64,000 nucleotides of DNA, taken from assembly GCA_009914755.4 (NCBI GenBank), contig CP068257.2:29504001-29568000 (forward strand). The letters run 5' to 3'. Under the pieces are notes generated by a model, which made no database searches, had not been told where the DNA came from, and saw nothing but the letters and a program-made list of their open reading frames with translations. Position 1 is the first letter of the stretch; each line of letters starts with the position of its first letter. The position numbers and the translations under genes were made by a program. This DNA is from the human T2T-CHM13v2.0 reference genome, Homo sapiens. Positions 48,223 through 63,910 of the stretch are shown here, piece by piece.

Positions 48223-49059
48223 TCACTCTTGCATCTGTTGAGAACAGAGCAAGGGGGTTAGTACAGATGACCGTTCATCTTCATTTAACACCAGGGCTCT
48301 CAGATTCAAAGACCTAAAACAGGATGTGACTGAAACCAGAGCAGTAGATTCCCCACCCCCGTGCCACGCAAACCGGCACACTCGTTGTGATGAAAGAGAT
48401 AAAAATCAGTCTTTGGGCTTGAAGGGGAAGAAATCCTGTCATCTCTGCTCTTAGCTGAGATACAGCTCAGTGACTGGGTCAAACTCTGGCCCCAGGCTGC
48501 CTATGGCCTAGAAAGTATAGAAGGAACAAGAAGGAAAATGCTCCTCTGTGACAGTCAGCAGCAGATAAATTATCCTGACTTTATTTCTCACTCGTCACAC
48601 CTTTGCCTTTCCATGCATAGCCAAGTCCGCGGTTGTGCTTTTCCAGTGTTTACAGGACAGGTCAATATAACCTGCACAGGTAGCTTTGCAAGCCATGAAC
48701 TACCCAGAACTCAGCTGAACCAGGACAAAAAAGGCAGTGGCGAAGATCAGCACTCAATTTCCCTTCTCTGCTCCATTCAGCAGTAGTTAACACAACAGAT
48801 GCAAGGTAAGTACATCTAAGCACAGTTGATCTGGATGTGTTGATCTCTGACGTTCAATACATATTATTTTGCCACTTCTTGGATGAAACTACAAATCCCA
48901 TAGCAAGAAGAAAGAAACAAAGGTGGATTTCCAGCCCTACCTACCTGTCCCATTTATTTACAGCGAGTATAGTGGGTCGAATAGAGTCCCTGTCCACCTA
49001 GAATGTCAGAATGCAACCTTCTTTGGAAATAGGGATAGATATATATCACAGATGAAATT

Positions 49060-49440
49060 GTAATAATATAATCATTGTAATTATATAATAATTGCACATC
49101 ATAATTATATATAATTATGCTATATAATTATATATAATTATGTTATATAATTATATATAATTATATTAACGATTATTATATAATGTATTAATATATTCTA
49201 TATTTATATATTATATGCTTATATATTTATATATAATATGCTAATATAATATATTATGCCATTATATATTATATATTAATATAATATATTATATATTAAT
49301 ATAATATATTATATATCATATAGCTATATATTATATTAATATATTATATATCATTATATGATAATTATATTATAATAATTACAATATCATCATTATAATT
49401 ATATAATAATTACACATAATTATATACTATTACACACGAA
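49060..49440. repeat. About 380-bp AT-rich low-complexity block (atatata/ataatt-type) flanked by direct repeats
   Basis: Almost pure A and T. Both ends carry taattatataataatt[g/a]cacat[c]ataattatata. Confidence 0.8.
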
Positions 49441-49444
49441 AGTT

Positions 49445-49795
49445 ACAATGAACTCACAATGATTTAGTGTAGGTCCTAAATCCAATGACTGGTGTTCTTA
49501 TAAGAAAGCCATGTTAATGACACAGAGACACACACAGGGCAGAAGCCATGTGACTTCAGGCAGAGATTGGAGTGATACAGCCATAAGCCACAGAATGCCA
49601 AGTGCTGCTTTCACACCAGAAACCAGAAGGAGGCATGAAGCCATTCTTCCCTCAGAGGCTTCAGAGAAATCAATCTTGCCAATACCTTAATTTCAGACTT
49701 CTGGCCTCCTAAACGGCGAGAGGATAAATTTCTGTTATTTTAAGCCACCCAGTGTGTAACAGTTTATTACAGTAGCTCTAAGAAATTAGCACTGT
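49445..49795 (+). mobile_element. MaLR-type LTR (MLT/MST-like)
   Basis: Reads …ctaaatccaatgactggtgttcttataagaaa…cagggcagaagccatgtgacttcaggcagagattggagtgatacagccataagccacagaatgcc…acttctggcctcctaaacggcgagaggataaatttctgttattttaagccacccagtgtgtaacagtttattacagtagctctaagaaattagcac. Confidence 0.6.
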
Positions 49796-50246
49796 GAGCA
49801 AATCATCTAGGTTGCAAAGACTTTCCAGGGGTAGAAAAAGGATGAAGAGTTGGGGTTCCCCAAGTAGCCCAAATGCATTATAGGCCATTTAAGGGCTAAA
49901 ATGAAACAGGCAGGATGTAGCGGGGAAGCGCTCTCTAAAGAAGGGGAGGGAGGCTGGATCTCAAATCCCTAGGTTCTCAACTTTCGCAGATTCTTCTATG
50001 AACGGAAGCAACAGAACAACTGGTTTGAAAGAGCTCTGCAGGCTCAGGCAATAGCCAATGTCAGCTTTGACCAGTGTGGACCAAAGTACAGAGGGGTCTT
50101 CCCCCATGCTCTGCTCCAGGAAGAACCCCCCCAGGATCCCCACACCATCCTAGAAGATGGAGAAGGACGACCACATGATTAGAATGGAATTTCCCACCAG
50201 CCCCAGGGTAATGGGCTCAATCAGTTTAAAATCCAAAAATGAGTGA

Positions 50247-50523
50247 CTTGAGAGGCTGAGACAGGAGGATCGCTTGAGCCCAGGAGCTCAAGAACAGCCG
50301 GGGCAACACAGCAAGACCCCTGACTCTGAAAAATAAATAAGTAAATAAATTAGTCAGGTGTGGTGGCATGCACCTGTACTCCCCTAGCGACCTGGGGGGC
50401 TGAGGTGAGAGGGTGGCTTGAGCCCAGGATTTCGATGCTACAGTGACCTATGATTGCGCCACTGGACTCCAGCCTGGGTGATAGAGCAAGACCTTGTCTC
50501 TAAAAATTAAAAAAAGAAAAAAA
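50247..50523 (+). mobile_element. Alu SINE, 5'-truncated (older; AluJ/S-like)
   Basis: Reads gagaggctgagacaggaggatcgcttgagcccaggagctcaagaacagc…gtggtggcatgcacctgtactccc…ccactggactccagcctgggtgatagagcaagaccttgtctc. Confidence 0.85.
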
Positions 50524-50720
50524 AAGTTCAAGAATATGACCTTTCTGGTACACTTAAGTTAATGGAATAAAATGCATATTCCCTGGAAGGGTTTTCAATG
50601 AGAAAATGTTCAAATACTTTCCACAAATGAATCCTTTGGGCATATCTTTCTCCTTCAAAAACTAGAGAAGCCCCAAAGGGCATTTAAGACAGACAGACCA
50701 GCCCTCCTTCACTGACTTAC

Positions 50721-50807
50721 CTTTCTTGGAAGCTAAACCGGTTTCCTTCACACTATTCACGTACAGCCTTCGAATACCATCTTCTTCCACAGAAGAAAGT
50801 GAAAACC
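50721..50807 (-). CDS. TIAM1: TIAM1 coding exon (first half of PDZ domain), 87 nt; (G)FSLSSVEEDGIRRLYVNSVKETGLASKK(+G)
   Basis: Acceptor is tgtgtttcacag|GG, donor is AAGAAAG|gtaagt. This matches the start of the PDZ domain sequence I recall for TIAM1 (TYGFSLSSVEEDGIRRLYVNSVKETGLASKKGLKAGDEILEINN). Confidence 0.9.
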
Positions 50808-52289
50808 CTGTGAAACACAAAAAGACAGAATGGCAGGGCTCACACCTTCTGAATGTTTAGCAAACAACAGGAAGTGCCTGCTGTGAACTAGGTATGTTTC
50901 ATGTTTGTCATTATAGTTTGGACTGATTGTTTTTTCTTGTTTTACATAGCAGAAAAGTGTATTTTTAGATCACTCTGGAAGTCACTACTTGTAAAAATAA
51001 AGATTACTATGTACGTCTATCTTCATATTACCTACCAATCAACTCAAAGGAAAGCAAATTATTTTGTTTAATCTTGCTTCCTGGTAAACGCCATCATTTT
51101 TTCTTTTCCATACTCTCCTCCAAAGCAGAAAACAGAAAGATTAGCTTACCTCAAAGTCCCCAGACGTTTTTCATCAAATCTATGTCCTAGAATATGTTAA
51201 CAACTGTACTGTTGGAGGGTGTGTGTTCATCCATATGTATGACTATATGGACACTGCTTTAATACAATTCTGCAAACAGGAGCAAGATGCAACTCACATT
51301 ACGAATCTGTAATGTGAATTACACATTACAGAAACTGTACCTGATTTCACACTCTAGCAGTATCTGATCATAAGATTATCTTATACTTCTCTGGGCTCCC
51401 AGAGCTCAAAGCCAACTTGCTAATTAACCCTGGGCTCTGCTACATACTTCAGAGAGGAAAGCAGAGTGAGGCCGAGGTATTCTACGTGGCTTGAGGATCC
51501 TAGGTACTCAAAACTCTATGGTTACAAGTCCTGGTCACTCCTGTTTCCAGACCGCCTCATGTAAAACTCTTTCCTAATCAATTACTTTGAATGTCCACAG
51601 TGAATACCTACTTTGCTAAGGGAAAGAAATACCTTTGCAGATATTTCTAAAAAGGGCAAGGGGAACACATGTCATTGTATATATCTGCAATAATTTCAGC
51701 TCTGGGAAAAAAATCATCCCATAATATAGATACCCATCGTAATGCTGAGGGGAGAGCAGTGGTTGAAAAAAAAACAAGCAGGCAAATAGCAAAACAGAAT
51801 TTTGTAAGATTGGGTTCCAGGGAGTCATTGAGCCTTTTTAGGCCATGTCATGATGAACACATGGTTTTTTGTTTAGTTTACAGGACCAGGAAATGGATAA
51901 CCTCACATAGGCAAAAAGGCTAATTGCCATCGCCCTCTCAAGTACCGTAACACCCTCAGATAGGGAACAGCAGAGGGCCACCCGTGAGGACTTTCCAAAG
52001 TCTTCATTTCATTCTCTTATTTTAAATTCTCTTCTTTCAGCAACTTCTAACTTTCAGATTAAGTGTCAAGAAGCCCTGCTGAAATCAAAATATTTTTACA
52101 CAAGAACCATTTAAGTTACATTAGCCTTAACACAGGTGTATTTATCTGCATTTTAGTGGAAATTAAAAAAAAATCTATTAGGCGAGATAGAATCAAGGGC
52201 TACGTCATAGGAAAGAATGAATAGGATTCATCTAACTATTGGAATTTCCTTTTTGAAATGCCATCATTCTACTACATTCTGAGACCAAT

Positions 52290-52593
52290 TTTTTTGTTTG
52301 TTTGTTATTAAAGAGACAGGGTCTTGCTCTGTCCCCCAGGCTGGAATGCAGTGGTGTGATCATAGCTCATTGTAGCTTCAAACTCCTGGATTCAGACAAT
52401 TCCCTACCTCATCTACCAGAAGACCTGGGACTACATGTGAGTGCTACCATGCTTGACTGATTTTTTAATTTTTTTTAGAGATGGGGTCTTACTATGTTGC
52501 CCAGGCTGGTCTCAAACTCCTGGCCTCATGCGATCCTCCCACCTCAGCCTCTCACAGTGTTGGGATTACAGGCTTTCACTACTGAGCCTGGCC
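52290..52593 (-). mobile_element. Alu SINE (older, diverged; AluJ-like)
   Basis: Reads …aaagagacagggtcttgctctgtcccccaggctggaatgcagtggtgtgatcatagc… and ends …gttgggattacaggctttcactactgagcctggcc. Confidence 0.85.
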
Positions 52594-52760
52594 CCAGTTT
52601 TTTTTCTATTAAAAAATTAGCACCCCTGTGGGGTACCAGGAAACACCTTTGCTTAACTGGAAGATGGCAGGAGAGGCAACATGGTGACAGCCTGCTGCAA
52701 GTCACCTGAAGCCAAGTAGATGGAGACATGGAGACACCTCAGGTATGATTTGCTCCATTC

Positions 52761-53121
<361 letters not shown>

Positions 53122-53844
53122 TAGAGGAGACTTCCAGTCTGAGGACTGCAATTGATTATGTAATTTGTACCAGACAACTGGGTAAAAAGACTAGGTCTGA
53201 GAAACAGATCAGACATCTCTAATTAGTGGGGAAATCTCTATGATAGGAAAGAGGATGGAAGAAACGATAATGGGCATAAGTTCCTTCTTTGAAGATCACC
53301 CAAATGAAAGCCAAAAATTTACAAAAGTGAATAGCACATTAGCTCTGTACTGGAATTCATATTGGACACCAGTTTAGGGGTCAAACAGGAGCCCCTTTCA
53401 CTGTTCCAGGTAGGCAGCCCTCCCCACACCTTGCCTTGCAACAAACATGTGAGCGGCTTCCATTTAAAGATGCCAATACTTTGCACACTGGGGGAAAACC
53501 TTATAACCATCTTCTACATGAACAAATATAAAGAAAATTATGAAATATCCTACAGCTGGATTATGTGGAACTGAATGAAGAACATAATGATTTTAACAGT
53601 TAATCAGCAAAGTCAGATCTATTTCTTTTAAATAGGACAGCAATGTTCTAACTCTCAGCAGACAACTCTAATATCGTCCAAAATGATTGCCAACAGGGGG
53701 CAGAGGGAAATTATTCAATATAAACCTATGTATCCACCAACTGGAAGGCTGTTAGCTTCAAATACAGGAAGGGATCATGAGTGGCAACTGGAATAATGAT
53801 CAGGAGAACGAAGGAAGTGCTTAAAATTAAGTGATGAAACTAAG

Positions 53845-54136
53845 GTCGGGCGTGGTGGCTCATGCCTATAATCCCAGCACTCTTGGAAGGCTGAGGCGGG
53901 AGGAAAGCATGAGCCCAGGAGTTTGAGACCAGCCCTGGCAACACAGTGAGACCCTGTCTCTACAAAATTTTTTTTAAAAAATTAGCTGGGCATGGTGGCA
54001 CGTGCCTTGTAGTCCCAGCTACTTGGGAGGCTGAGGTGGGAAGGATGGCTTGAGTCTAGGAGGTTGAGGCTGCAGGGAGTCATGATCCCACCACTGCATT
54101 CCAGCCTGGGCGACAGAGTAAGACCCTGTCTCAAAA
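53845..54136 (+). mobile_element. Alu SINE; target-site duplication gaaactaag
   Basis: Reads ggtcgggcgtggtggctcatgcctataatcccagcactcttggaaggctgaggcgggagg… and ends …gcgacagagtaagaccctgtctc. Confidence 0.9.
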
Positions 54137-54868
54137 AAGAAACTAAGAACAAACTCATGAGATGAACCACCAAAAGATTCCTCAACCTAGAAAAACCATA
54201 ACATGATAAACAATAGAGAATTACTCAAAACTAGAGTCCAGGATACAATGAAAATTCAGATAACAAGCACAGGCACCTATAACATGAGGAGAACACACGA
54301 CTAAAAAATATAATAGTACTAGAAGTACCCAGAGAAAAGGAACATTAAGTTGCTGAAATGACGCATCCTTCTACTTCAAGGCAGCCGAGGGTCTCATGCT
54401 TAGTCTAAGTATCATGTAACTGGATATGTGAACTAATTTCAACAGTAAAGTGTGGGAGTGAGCTGAGGGCTGAGATGGAGAGAGAGGCAAGAGAGAGAAA
54501 TTAAGTAAATGTTCCCGCTTTAAGTGTGTTCAGTCAGTTGGATTATTAAATTATATTCTCCTCCCTAAAGTGTTCTAAAATAGAAAGCAGCATATGATCT
54601 GTATTGTGAGGTGTTTCTGTGTTTGTGCCGGCAGCTTTTACTTGTACTGAACTCAGTATCTAACCAGAAGCCACTTAGCTAGGTGTTAATATTAGATACA
54701 GATGGGCTGAATTTCGACTCTGCGGTAGCTTTTAATCCAGAGGCAATCAGATCTCTGAGGACTGGGGGAATGTTTCACCTCTTCAATCAATACGCTGCTG
54801 GAACATCAAATGCCAAAACCAACCCGAGCACGGAGAAGAAATGATTTAACTGAGCTTATTAGCCATGA

Positions 54869-55173
<305 letters not shown>

Positions 55174-56022
55174 CTGTGGCAGGGCTTTTCAAAGTGAAGT
55201 CAGGGAACAGGTGCCAACTGTTTGCTAATGGCAGTAATGTCAGGACAGAAATCAAGACTAAGCATTGAGAACCTCTTGTAGCTTTGACATTGCCACAACC
55301 TCCAAGCATGGGATTTTGTATTTCACAAAAGCAGCAGTGGTCACAAAAGAGTGGAAATTAAAACAAAACAAAATACCTGCTTCTTTACATCGGATGAGTT
55401 GGGAAGCACTGTTTGTAACACTCTCAAGACTGACGCCTGGTGCCCTGTCATACCCTCCTCAGGGGGTAAAAGTAAATGGGTTCTGTGAGTAATTCAGTGA
55501 CTTTAACAAAAAGTATTAAAATGTATACAAACGGTAGCAGTTTCATGCCCAGTTCCAATTTCTGAGTCCCTGAATCACTCAATCTTAGAAGCAGAGTCCA
55601 AGAGCTTTGAAATTCAGCCTTCTGAACTTGATCTTTGCTAGTTTATCCTTACTCAACAAAAATTAAGTAAACTGAAGAGAAAAAGAATAATCATTATGGA
55701 GCATCTAATTTTGGAGGATCCAGGCACTTCACTGCTACCAATTACAGCTCTAATTACTGAGGTCGGCTTTTTGCTGCATAATAAGCCGCTCATAAACATT
55801 TATTCCTTGCCATGAGAAACATTCTCCTGGCTTTATTATGTCTTTAGTTTTAAGGTCAAGAAATAAACAGCATAAAGTTATAACGCAAGTGGCCAGGGTT
55901 CAAAACTGGATTCTCTTCATTAGGCCCAAATCCTCTATTGAGTATTCCGAGATGAAGACTGGTGGCCTACAGGGGAAGGTGCAGAAGGAATGTAATATCC
56001 CAGTGCTCAGAAAAGAGTTTTA

Positions 56023-56375
<353 letters not shown>

Positions 56376-58934
56376 TTAAGCGAGCATATGAGGTAGTCTT
56401 TATGTCTTTCCACCGGGAACTTTGTTCTCCTTCTACCAAACAGTAGAATCACACTTCAGTGCTCCCTCGTAGGTAGGTATGGCTGTGTGACTTGCTTTGG
56501 CCAATGAATTGGGAGTGGGACAACACCTGCTTTCCCATCTCCCCTTCCCCCTCTGCAGAGTGACAAGCACTGTCCCAGGTGGCAGCTGCTCCAGACCTGG
56601 GTGTGGAATGAGGACAACGTATGGAGTCCCAGCCAACCCACAAGGGACGCGTGGTGAATGTGAGAAATAAATGTCACTGTTTCGAGCCACCGGGCTTTGG
56701 TGGCTGTCTGTTACCTCAGCTAACCTCGCCACTCCTGACTGATACAGCACAGCATGGATTTTCCTCACTTAATTTACTCAGGCACCAACTCTGTTACTAT
56801 TCAAGCCATACAGTGTAATGCTAAGTAAAGAAGACTGGTCTTAAACATATGGAAAGGAATATATATTTAACTCCGCCAGAATGTAGACAACCGCATAGGA
56901 AAGCGTTAACACAGCAGGCATGACTGCTATTCTTCGAAAGGCCCGCTTACAAATTTGAACCTTGGCTGGTATCCTGAGAACTTGGATTTTGGGAGGGTTC
57001 CCAACACCCTGAGTGGCTCACAGTGCCTAAACTGTGGTACAAACAATGGGATTTATGGTGAACGCCTACTTTCCTCCTGGGAGTCTGGAATTTTGGTGCA
57101 TGCTAGGCAGAGGGTGCCTAGGGAACCAGCCTCCCCAGAAAAGCCCTGGGCACTGACTCTCTAACCACCTTCCCTAGGAGAGAGCATTTCTCAGGTGTCC
57201 TCACAACTTGGTGCTGCAGGAGTTATCCTCATTCTACGTGACTCCACTGAAACAGGGCCCGCTGAAGCTCACACCTGGTTTCCCCTAGACTTCACTCCAT
57301 GCGCCTTTTCCCTTTGCTGATTTTGCTTTGTGTTGATACAGGAGTTAAGATGAAATGATTTAGGCAGAGAGCGAGGAGAAGAAAATCCTCAGTAACATTT
57401 TCCTTTTAATGAAAAGCAACCCCCAAATAATTTTTTTTTGTAACAAAAAGCAGCCTGTAAAATCAAGCTGCACACACAGACAAGCAAGCTGGAAGCTTAC
57501 ACCGGTGAGTGCCGGCAGTGTGAATCGGGAAAAGCTAGCTGGGACTAAGCATGTTCAAAATGGCGGCTCCATCCTCTCTTCTCTTTGTCAGCCATGCGTA
57601 CAGTAAGAAGCAGTGAACATGGCCCCCGCCAGGCAAAGACTCCATTTGCATAATAAAGATTAGGATAGGGCAGCCAGCTTCCATGCGTGCTGTGTAGACC
57701 TCACACCTGGTCCAAACAATCTGTGGGCCTTATGTAAATCAGACACCGCCTCCTCAAGCCTGGCTATACAAATCCAGTGCATTCCGCCGCTGGCCGGAAG
57801 ACCCACTCGGGCACCCCTCTCTCTCTGCAGGAGAGAGAGCTATTCTCCTTTCTCTTTTTTTTTGCCTGTTAAACCTCTACTCCTAAACCCACTTCTTGTG
57901 TGTCCGCATCCTCGATTCCCTTGGCATGAGACAACGAACCGTGGGTATTTACCCAAGACAACGAAGCCGCTTCAGTATAATTTGCTATTAAAAAAATCAT
58001 AGTTGTGAGTATGACCAGAGGCTGAGCTCTGTGGGTCTTCCTAGTGAATCAGCAAACCTAGGGATGGTCTTGGGGACCCCCCTACACACCACCAAAATAG
58101 TTCCTTTAACATTATTTGTATGGGAAGGGAGGATAATGTAGGATAATGGCTTACTTATTTTGAGATTTCTCAAAATTTATAGTTTTCGGGAGGGGGTGTA
58201 AAAGAATAATTCCTACATTACTAAGGTACATCATAGTATATGTTAAACAAAAATTATGGGAGGTCATTGTTGTGAACTGAGTTCCTGCATTATGCCCGAA
58301 AGGCCAGATCAAATAAAAATGGAATCACTCATGCTGGATGCCACATAATCAAACTAAAACTTTCAGGAAGCAAGTAGATCCCCAAACAGACCAGTTTTTC
58401 CTGAAAACATGAGATTCCGGTCTACCTGAGTCAACAAAATAAGTAGGTCCCCTCTGCTTTAACCCTTACAAAAAAGTAACCTGAAGTAAGCTAAGTTAAA
58501 CAATCAGTTTTCTTCTTCCACTGTTCTGTTTCCTTGTCGCCAACTTACAAACATCACTGTTCTGCCACTGCCCAGAGGGAGCTCTCATTCTATTTTGTAG
58601 AATGGAGGCTATCCCATGCATGAATCACAAATAAAAGCCAGTCAGATTTATAACTAAACTTGTTGTAATTTTATCTTTTGACATATAAAATAAGCTACCC
58701 ACTTCCTTTTTAGGACAGTAGAATCCCAGTAATTAAAGTTATGAAATTTAACACCAAAGTCTACATCGTACCCAGAGTAAATATCCCTGTTATTCCCTAG
58801 TGTGGCTGCCCTCCACAGAGCAGGAGCCAGATATACTATCTGTTTTAGATAGGACTCAAAGGCATTTTGTTGAACTGTAAATAAATGCATGCTTACATAA
58901 GAAATACTTTACCTTAAAACACAAACAAAGAAAA

Positions 58935-59016
58935 ATAAACTTACCGTAAGTATCAGCAGCTGTATCTGACTTCTCAATGTGGATGCTCTGAGTGACTTTT
59001 GGACAGATTTCAATTT
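58935..59016 (-). CDS. TIAM1: TIAM1 coding exon (end of Ras-binding domain, leading into PDZ), 82 nt; LYKEIEICPKVTQSIHIEKSDTAADTY(+G)
   Basis: Acceptor is ctttcag|CTGTAC, donor is ACTTACG|gtaagt. The final G joins GG of the exon at 50807 to give Gly (…DTYGFSLSS…). Confidence 0.85.
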
Positions 59017-59559
59017 CTTTGTACAGCTGAAAGTTACAAAGGGGAATCTAATTAGAATTTCATTATAACTAACTTTTAAAAATGGTCATCATTTCATAAA
59101 TCTATTTTTTCACAATTGATACTTACGTGAATTTGCACTTCACAATCTTATCATTAAACGAAACTCATTAAAAGTAAAAAGTAAAAGTAAAAACTTCCAG
59201 CTGTCGTCCTCAAACATAGCCACAGTTTGGTTTCTAAGTAATTCCTCCACATCACTCTGTCTGTCTATTCCTACCCAATGTCTATCACAGACCTGAAAAA
59301 TAATGCTAAAGTAATGGAGATCTCTAGTTGTGGGGAGAAAAAGTTTATTAAAATCAAGAAGAGGTTATAAAGATCTTGGTATGGAATTCATGGAAATAAG
59401 ATAAATCTCTATGCTTCCATTCAAAAAGTTCATCATAGTACAAATAAGTAGAGACAAATGATAGCATTGAAACAGAAAACAAATTACGTAAAGGAGGATA
59501 TTCTTTTTTTTAGCCACTGAACTGTATCGAAATTAGCTAGAAAACTGAAGTACACAAAT

Positions 59560-60770
<1,211 letters not shown>

Positions 60771-61061
60771 CATAAAAATGGCAACAATAGATACTGGGGA
60801 CTACCAGAGGGGGAAGGCAGGAGGAGGACAAGGGTTGTGAGACTAACTGCTGGGCACTAGGCTTACTACCTAGGTGACAGGATCAACAGTACCCTAAACC
60901 TCAGCATCATGCGATATACTCAGGTAACAAACCTGCACATGTGCCCCTTGAATCTAAAATAAGAGTTAAAATTATTTAAAAAATTTTTTAAACAAAAAAG
61001 GCTGGAAAAAGAGCTTTGTACAAAGTCAAGATAAGAATGATGCAGAGTTCACACATCATAA

Positions 61062-61389
<328 letters not shown>

Positions 61390-61489
61390 GGATATTTCGT
61401 TTTCTTATGTCAAGATCTATCATCAAGACAATAACTTACAGAGTTCTGACCATGTGTCACGCCTCTCACGCTAACTCCATGAGACAAGC

Positions 61490-61640
61490 GTGATGTCCAT
61501 TTTACAAATAAAGGCAAGAGCCTAAAGAGAAAGTACTTTCCTAAATTCAGAAGACCAGTTCATACACAGCTGGGATTATGAACCCAGGTCTCACTGGCTC
61601 TAGAGCCGCATTCTTTCCACTACACTACGATGCCTCCCAG
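61490..61640 (-). mobile_element. MIR fragment
   Basis: Reads ccattttacaaataaaggcaagagcctaaagagaaagtactttcctaaattcagaagaccagttcatacacagctgggattatgaacccaggtctcactggctctagagccgcattctttccactacactacgatgcctccc. Confidence 0.6.
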
Positions 61641-63253
61641 ATCAGCCTTCACTGGAACACAGGGTATGAACGCAAAGGGAACCTACCCTCTTAGGTCAGT
61701 CAAAGGTTCAAATCCAAAATTTATAATAAAAACTCACAAACAAATAGATGTGTCAAATGCTCATATAGATTTTTAAAATTATTACTCTATCTTAAAATGA
61801 AAACCAATTTTGAGCCAAGGTCAATAACAAAAAACGTGGCCGTTAGCACTAAAGAGAAGTCTTGATGATTATCTAAACTTGCCCGTATCCCTGACCACAC
61901 AGCCATTCGTCCAGAAACGATTTTATTCAGGCAGGTAGAAAAGAGTGGCCAGTTTCTTCTCTTTATTTGCTTGGGGCATTTGAAAGGTCAGCATAATACT
62001 TGTGACTCAGGAGCCTGAGAAAGCGTTTGCTATAATAGAATGCCAAGGAGTGTGGGGGATAGGAACGTGGACAGGACAGCTTGGATCCTTTTAAACACCT
62101 CAATTTAATGCAATTTCCACCAAATGCAACGTGTCAAGGGCATGACTGAATGTGGTTTCAGTGTTATACTTTAGAAATGTTTCATACTGATACATTTACA
62201 AATGAGAAGAAATCAGTTATACTACTTTTTCATTCAGAAAATAGCCACCAAAACTCTAAATACTAAATTCAATAAGGTTTACAATGTATAACCTAACACC
62301 ACAAAATGCTCAAGGAAATGTTATCAACTACGTTCACTTCAACTTATCAGGAGCCTTACTTTTATTTTTTAAAACTTTAAGAGCCAAACCCTTCCTCCAG
62401 GTGGCAGTATATAACTGTTTGTTTTAATCATTTCCACAGGATCTAGTGGGACTAGAGCTTTGTGCATAATCTTTCCTATATTTTCATAATACTACTTCCT
62501 AGTTTTCTTTGAAATTAGTGTGAATATCACTGTGTCTTTTGCTGGTCTCAGACAACAACTCAGTATCATAAGACAGGCCCGCTGGCCACAACATCCTTAG
62601 GCTGGTTGGACTAAAGCCAGGTTTAGTGAACAAAACTAAAACTATATCTCAAGAAGCGTTTGTACTTTAAAATATATTTTCAATGCAACCACGATATCTG
62701 GAACTAGAAATCTGGAAATTCAGTAGTTTTATACATAAATGCACTTAATGATGAAATAGCTCACATCTTCCCTTTCTTTTATTAAATCAATAATGTTGCA
62801 ACTTTCCCTGTTTTCAAAAACTGGATGAGAAGATCACCAGATTTTAAGAAAAAAATTGCTTACCTAGGGCTCTTGAGTTCTCACAAAATCAGGATCATTT
62901 CTTTCTCTGTCTCCTTTGGGTGGCTTGGTCTGAGCCACCGTCACGCTCTTGCCTGACGATGACTCTCTACAGCCTTCTATGGGCCCTGGCTGCTCATCTT
63001 CTCATGCCCTATGGGCCCACTCATCTGCCATAGTGAGCCTTTCAAAGCCGACAATGCCCTTTCTCTCTGGGGTTTCCTATGGCACTTAGGCTCTACATGG
63101 CCTATCCTTTTTCCCTCCCCCCCACCATCTCCTGCATCCCCTCTTTCGTGCCCTCTCCGCCAATCCTCCTCAAACACCAGGTAAGCCACCTCCACCATGG
63201 CCACCCTCCCCCTGCCCAGGCCTTAGCCAGCTTTGTTCTCTCAGCCTAGAACA

Positions 63254-63550
63254 TTTTTTTTTTTTTTTTGAGACAGAATCTGGCTTTGCCACCCAGGCTG
63301 GAGTGCAGTGGCACGATATTGGCTCCCTGTAACCTCCGCCTCCCGGGTTCAAGCAATTCTCCTGCCTCAGCTTCCTGAATAGCTGGAACCATAGGCGTGT
63401 GCCACCATGCCTGGTTAATTTTTGTATTTTTAGTAGAGATGGAGTTTCAGCATGTTGGCCAAGCTGGTCTCGAACTCCTGACCTCAGGGGATCCACCTGC
63501 TCAGCCTCCCAAAGTGCTGGGATTACAGGCGTGAGCCACCATGCCTGGCC
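63254..63550 (-). mobile_element. Alu SINE; target-site duplication cagcctagaaca
   Basis: Begins with poly-T then gagacagaatctggctttgccacccaggctggagtgcagtggcacgatattggc… and ends …gcgtgagccaccatgcctggcc. The direct repeats lie at 63242 and 63551. Confidence 0.9.
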
Positions 63551-63910
63551 AGCCTAGAACACTTGTCTGCAAAATACCTCTATGATTCCACTCCCTCTCT
63601 TCACTCACTCACCCTGTTCGAACATCACATTAAAAAAAAAAAAAAACACACAAAAAATAAATAAAATAAAATAGCAACAAGACCCACTGCAGATGTGCCA
63701 TCTCCCTCTCTCTACTTGCCCCAACTTCTTGTCTCTCCAGGCTTTGAACATTCCCTGACATATTACACATTCACATGTATTTTTACTTGTTTCTGCAAAC
63801 TTGAATACAGGTTCCACCAGAAGCAGAATTGTTTTGGTGTATCCCCAGTGCCTAGAACAGCTAGAGTAGTGCCAGGCATACAAATGCTAAATAAATATTT
63901 GCTAGATGAT

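Noticed and set aside
49961-50143. A 60-aa minus-strand ORF (DGVGILGGFFLEQSMGEDPSVLWSTLVKADIGYCLSLQ…) in unique sequence between the two PDZ exons.
   Set aside because: The flanking exons (…SKK|GLKAG…) are already contiguous in the protein. Entering this ORF from the exon at 50721 puts it in a frame that reaches a stop within about 30 codons. It lacks a usable donor and is most likely a chance ORF.
62860-62995. A minus-strand segment ending in a strong donor-like ccctag|gtaagc with an upstream ORF (…KSVTVAQTKPPKGDRERNDPDFVRTQEP).
   Set aside because: The frame that is open ends in TAG immediately at the putative donor, and the other two frames hit stops within 25 nt of it. It is not a viable internal exon.
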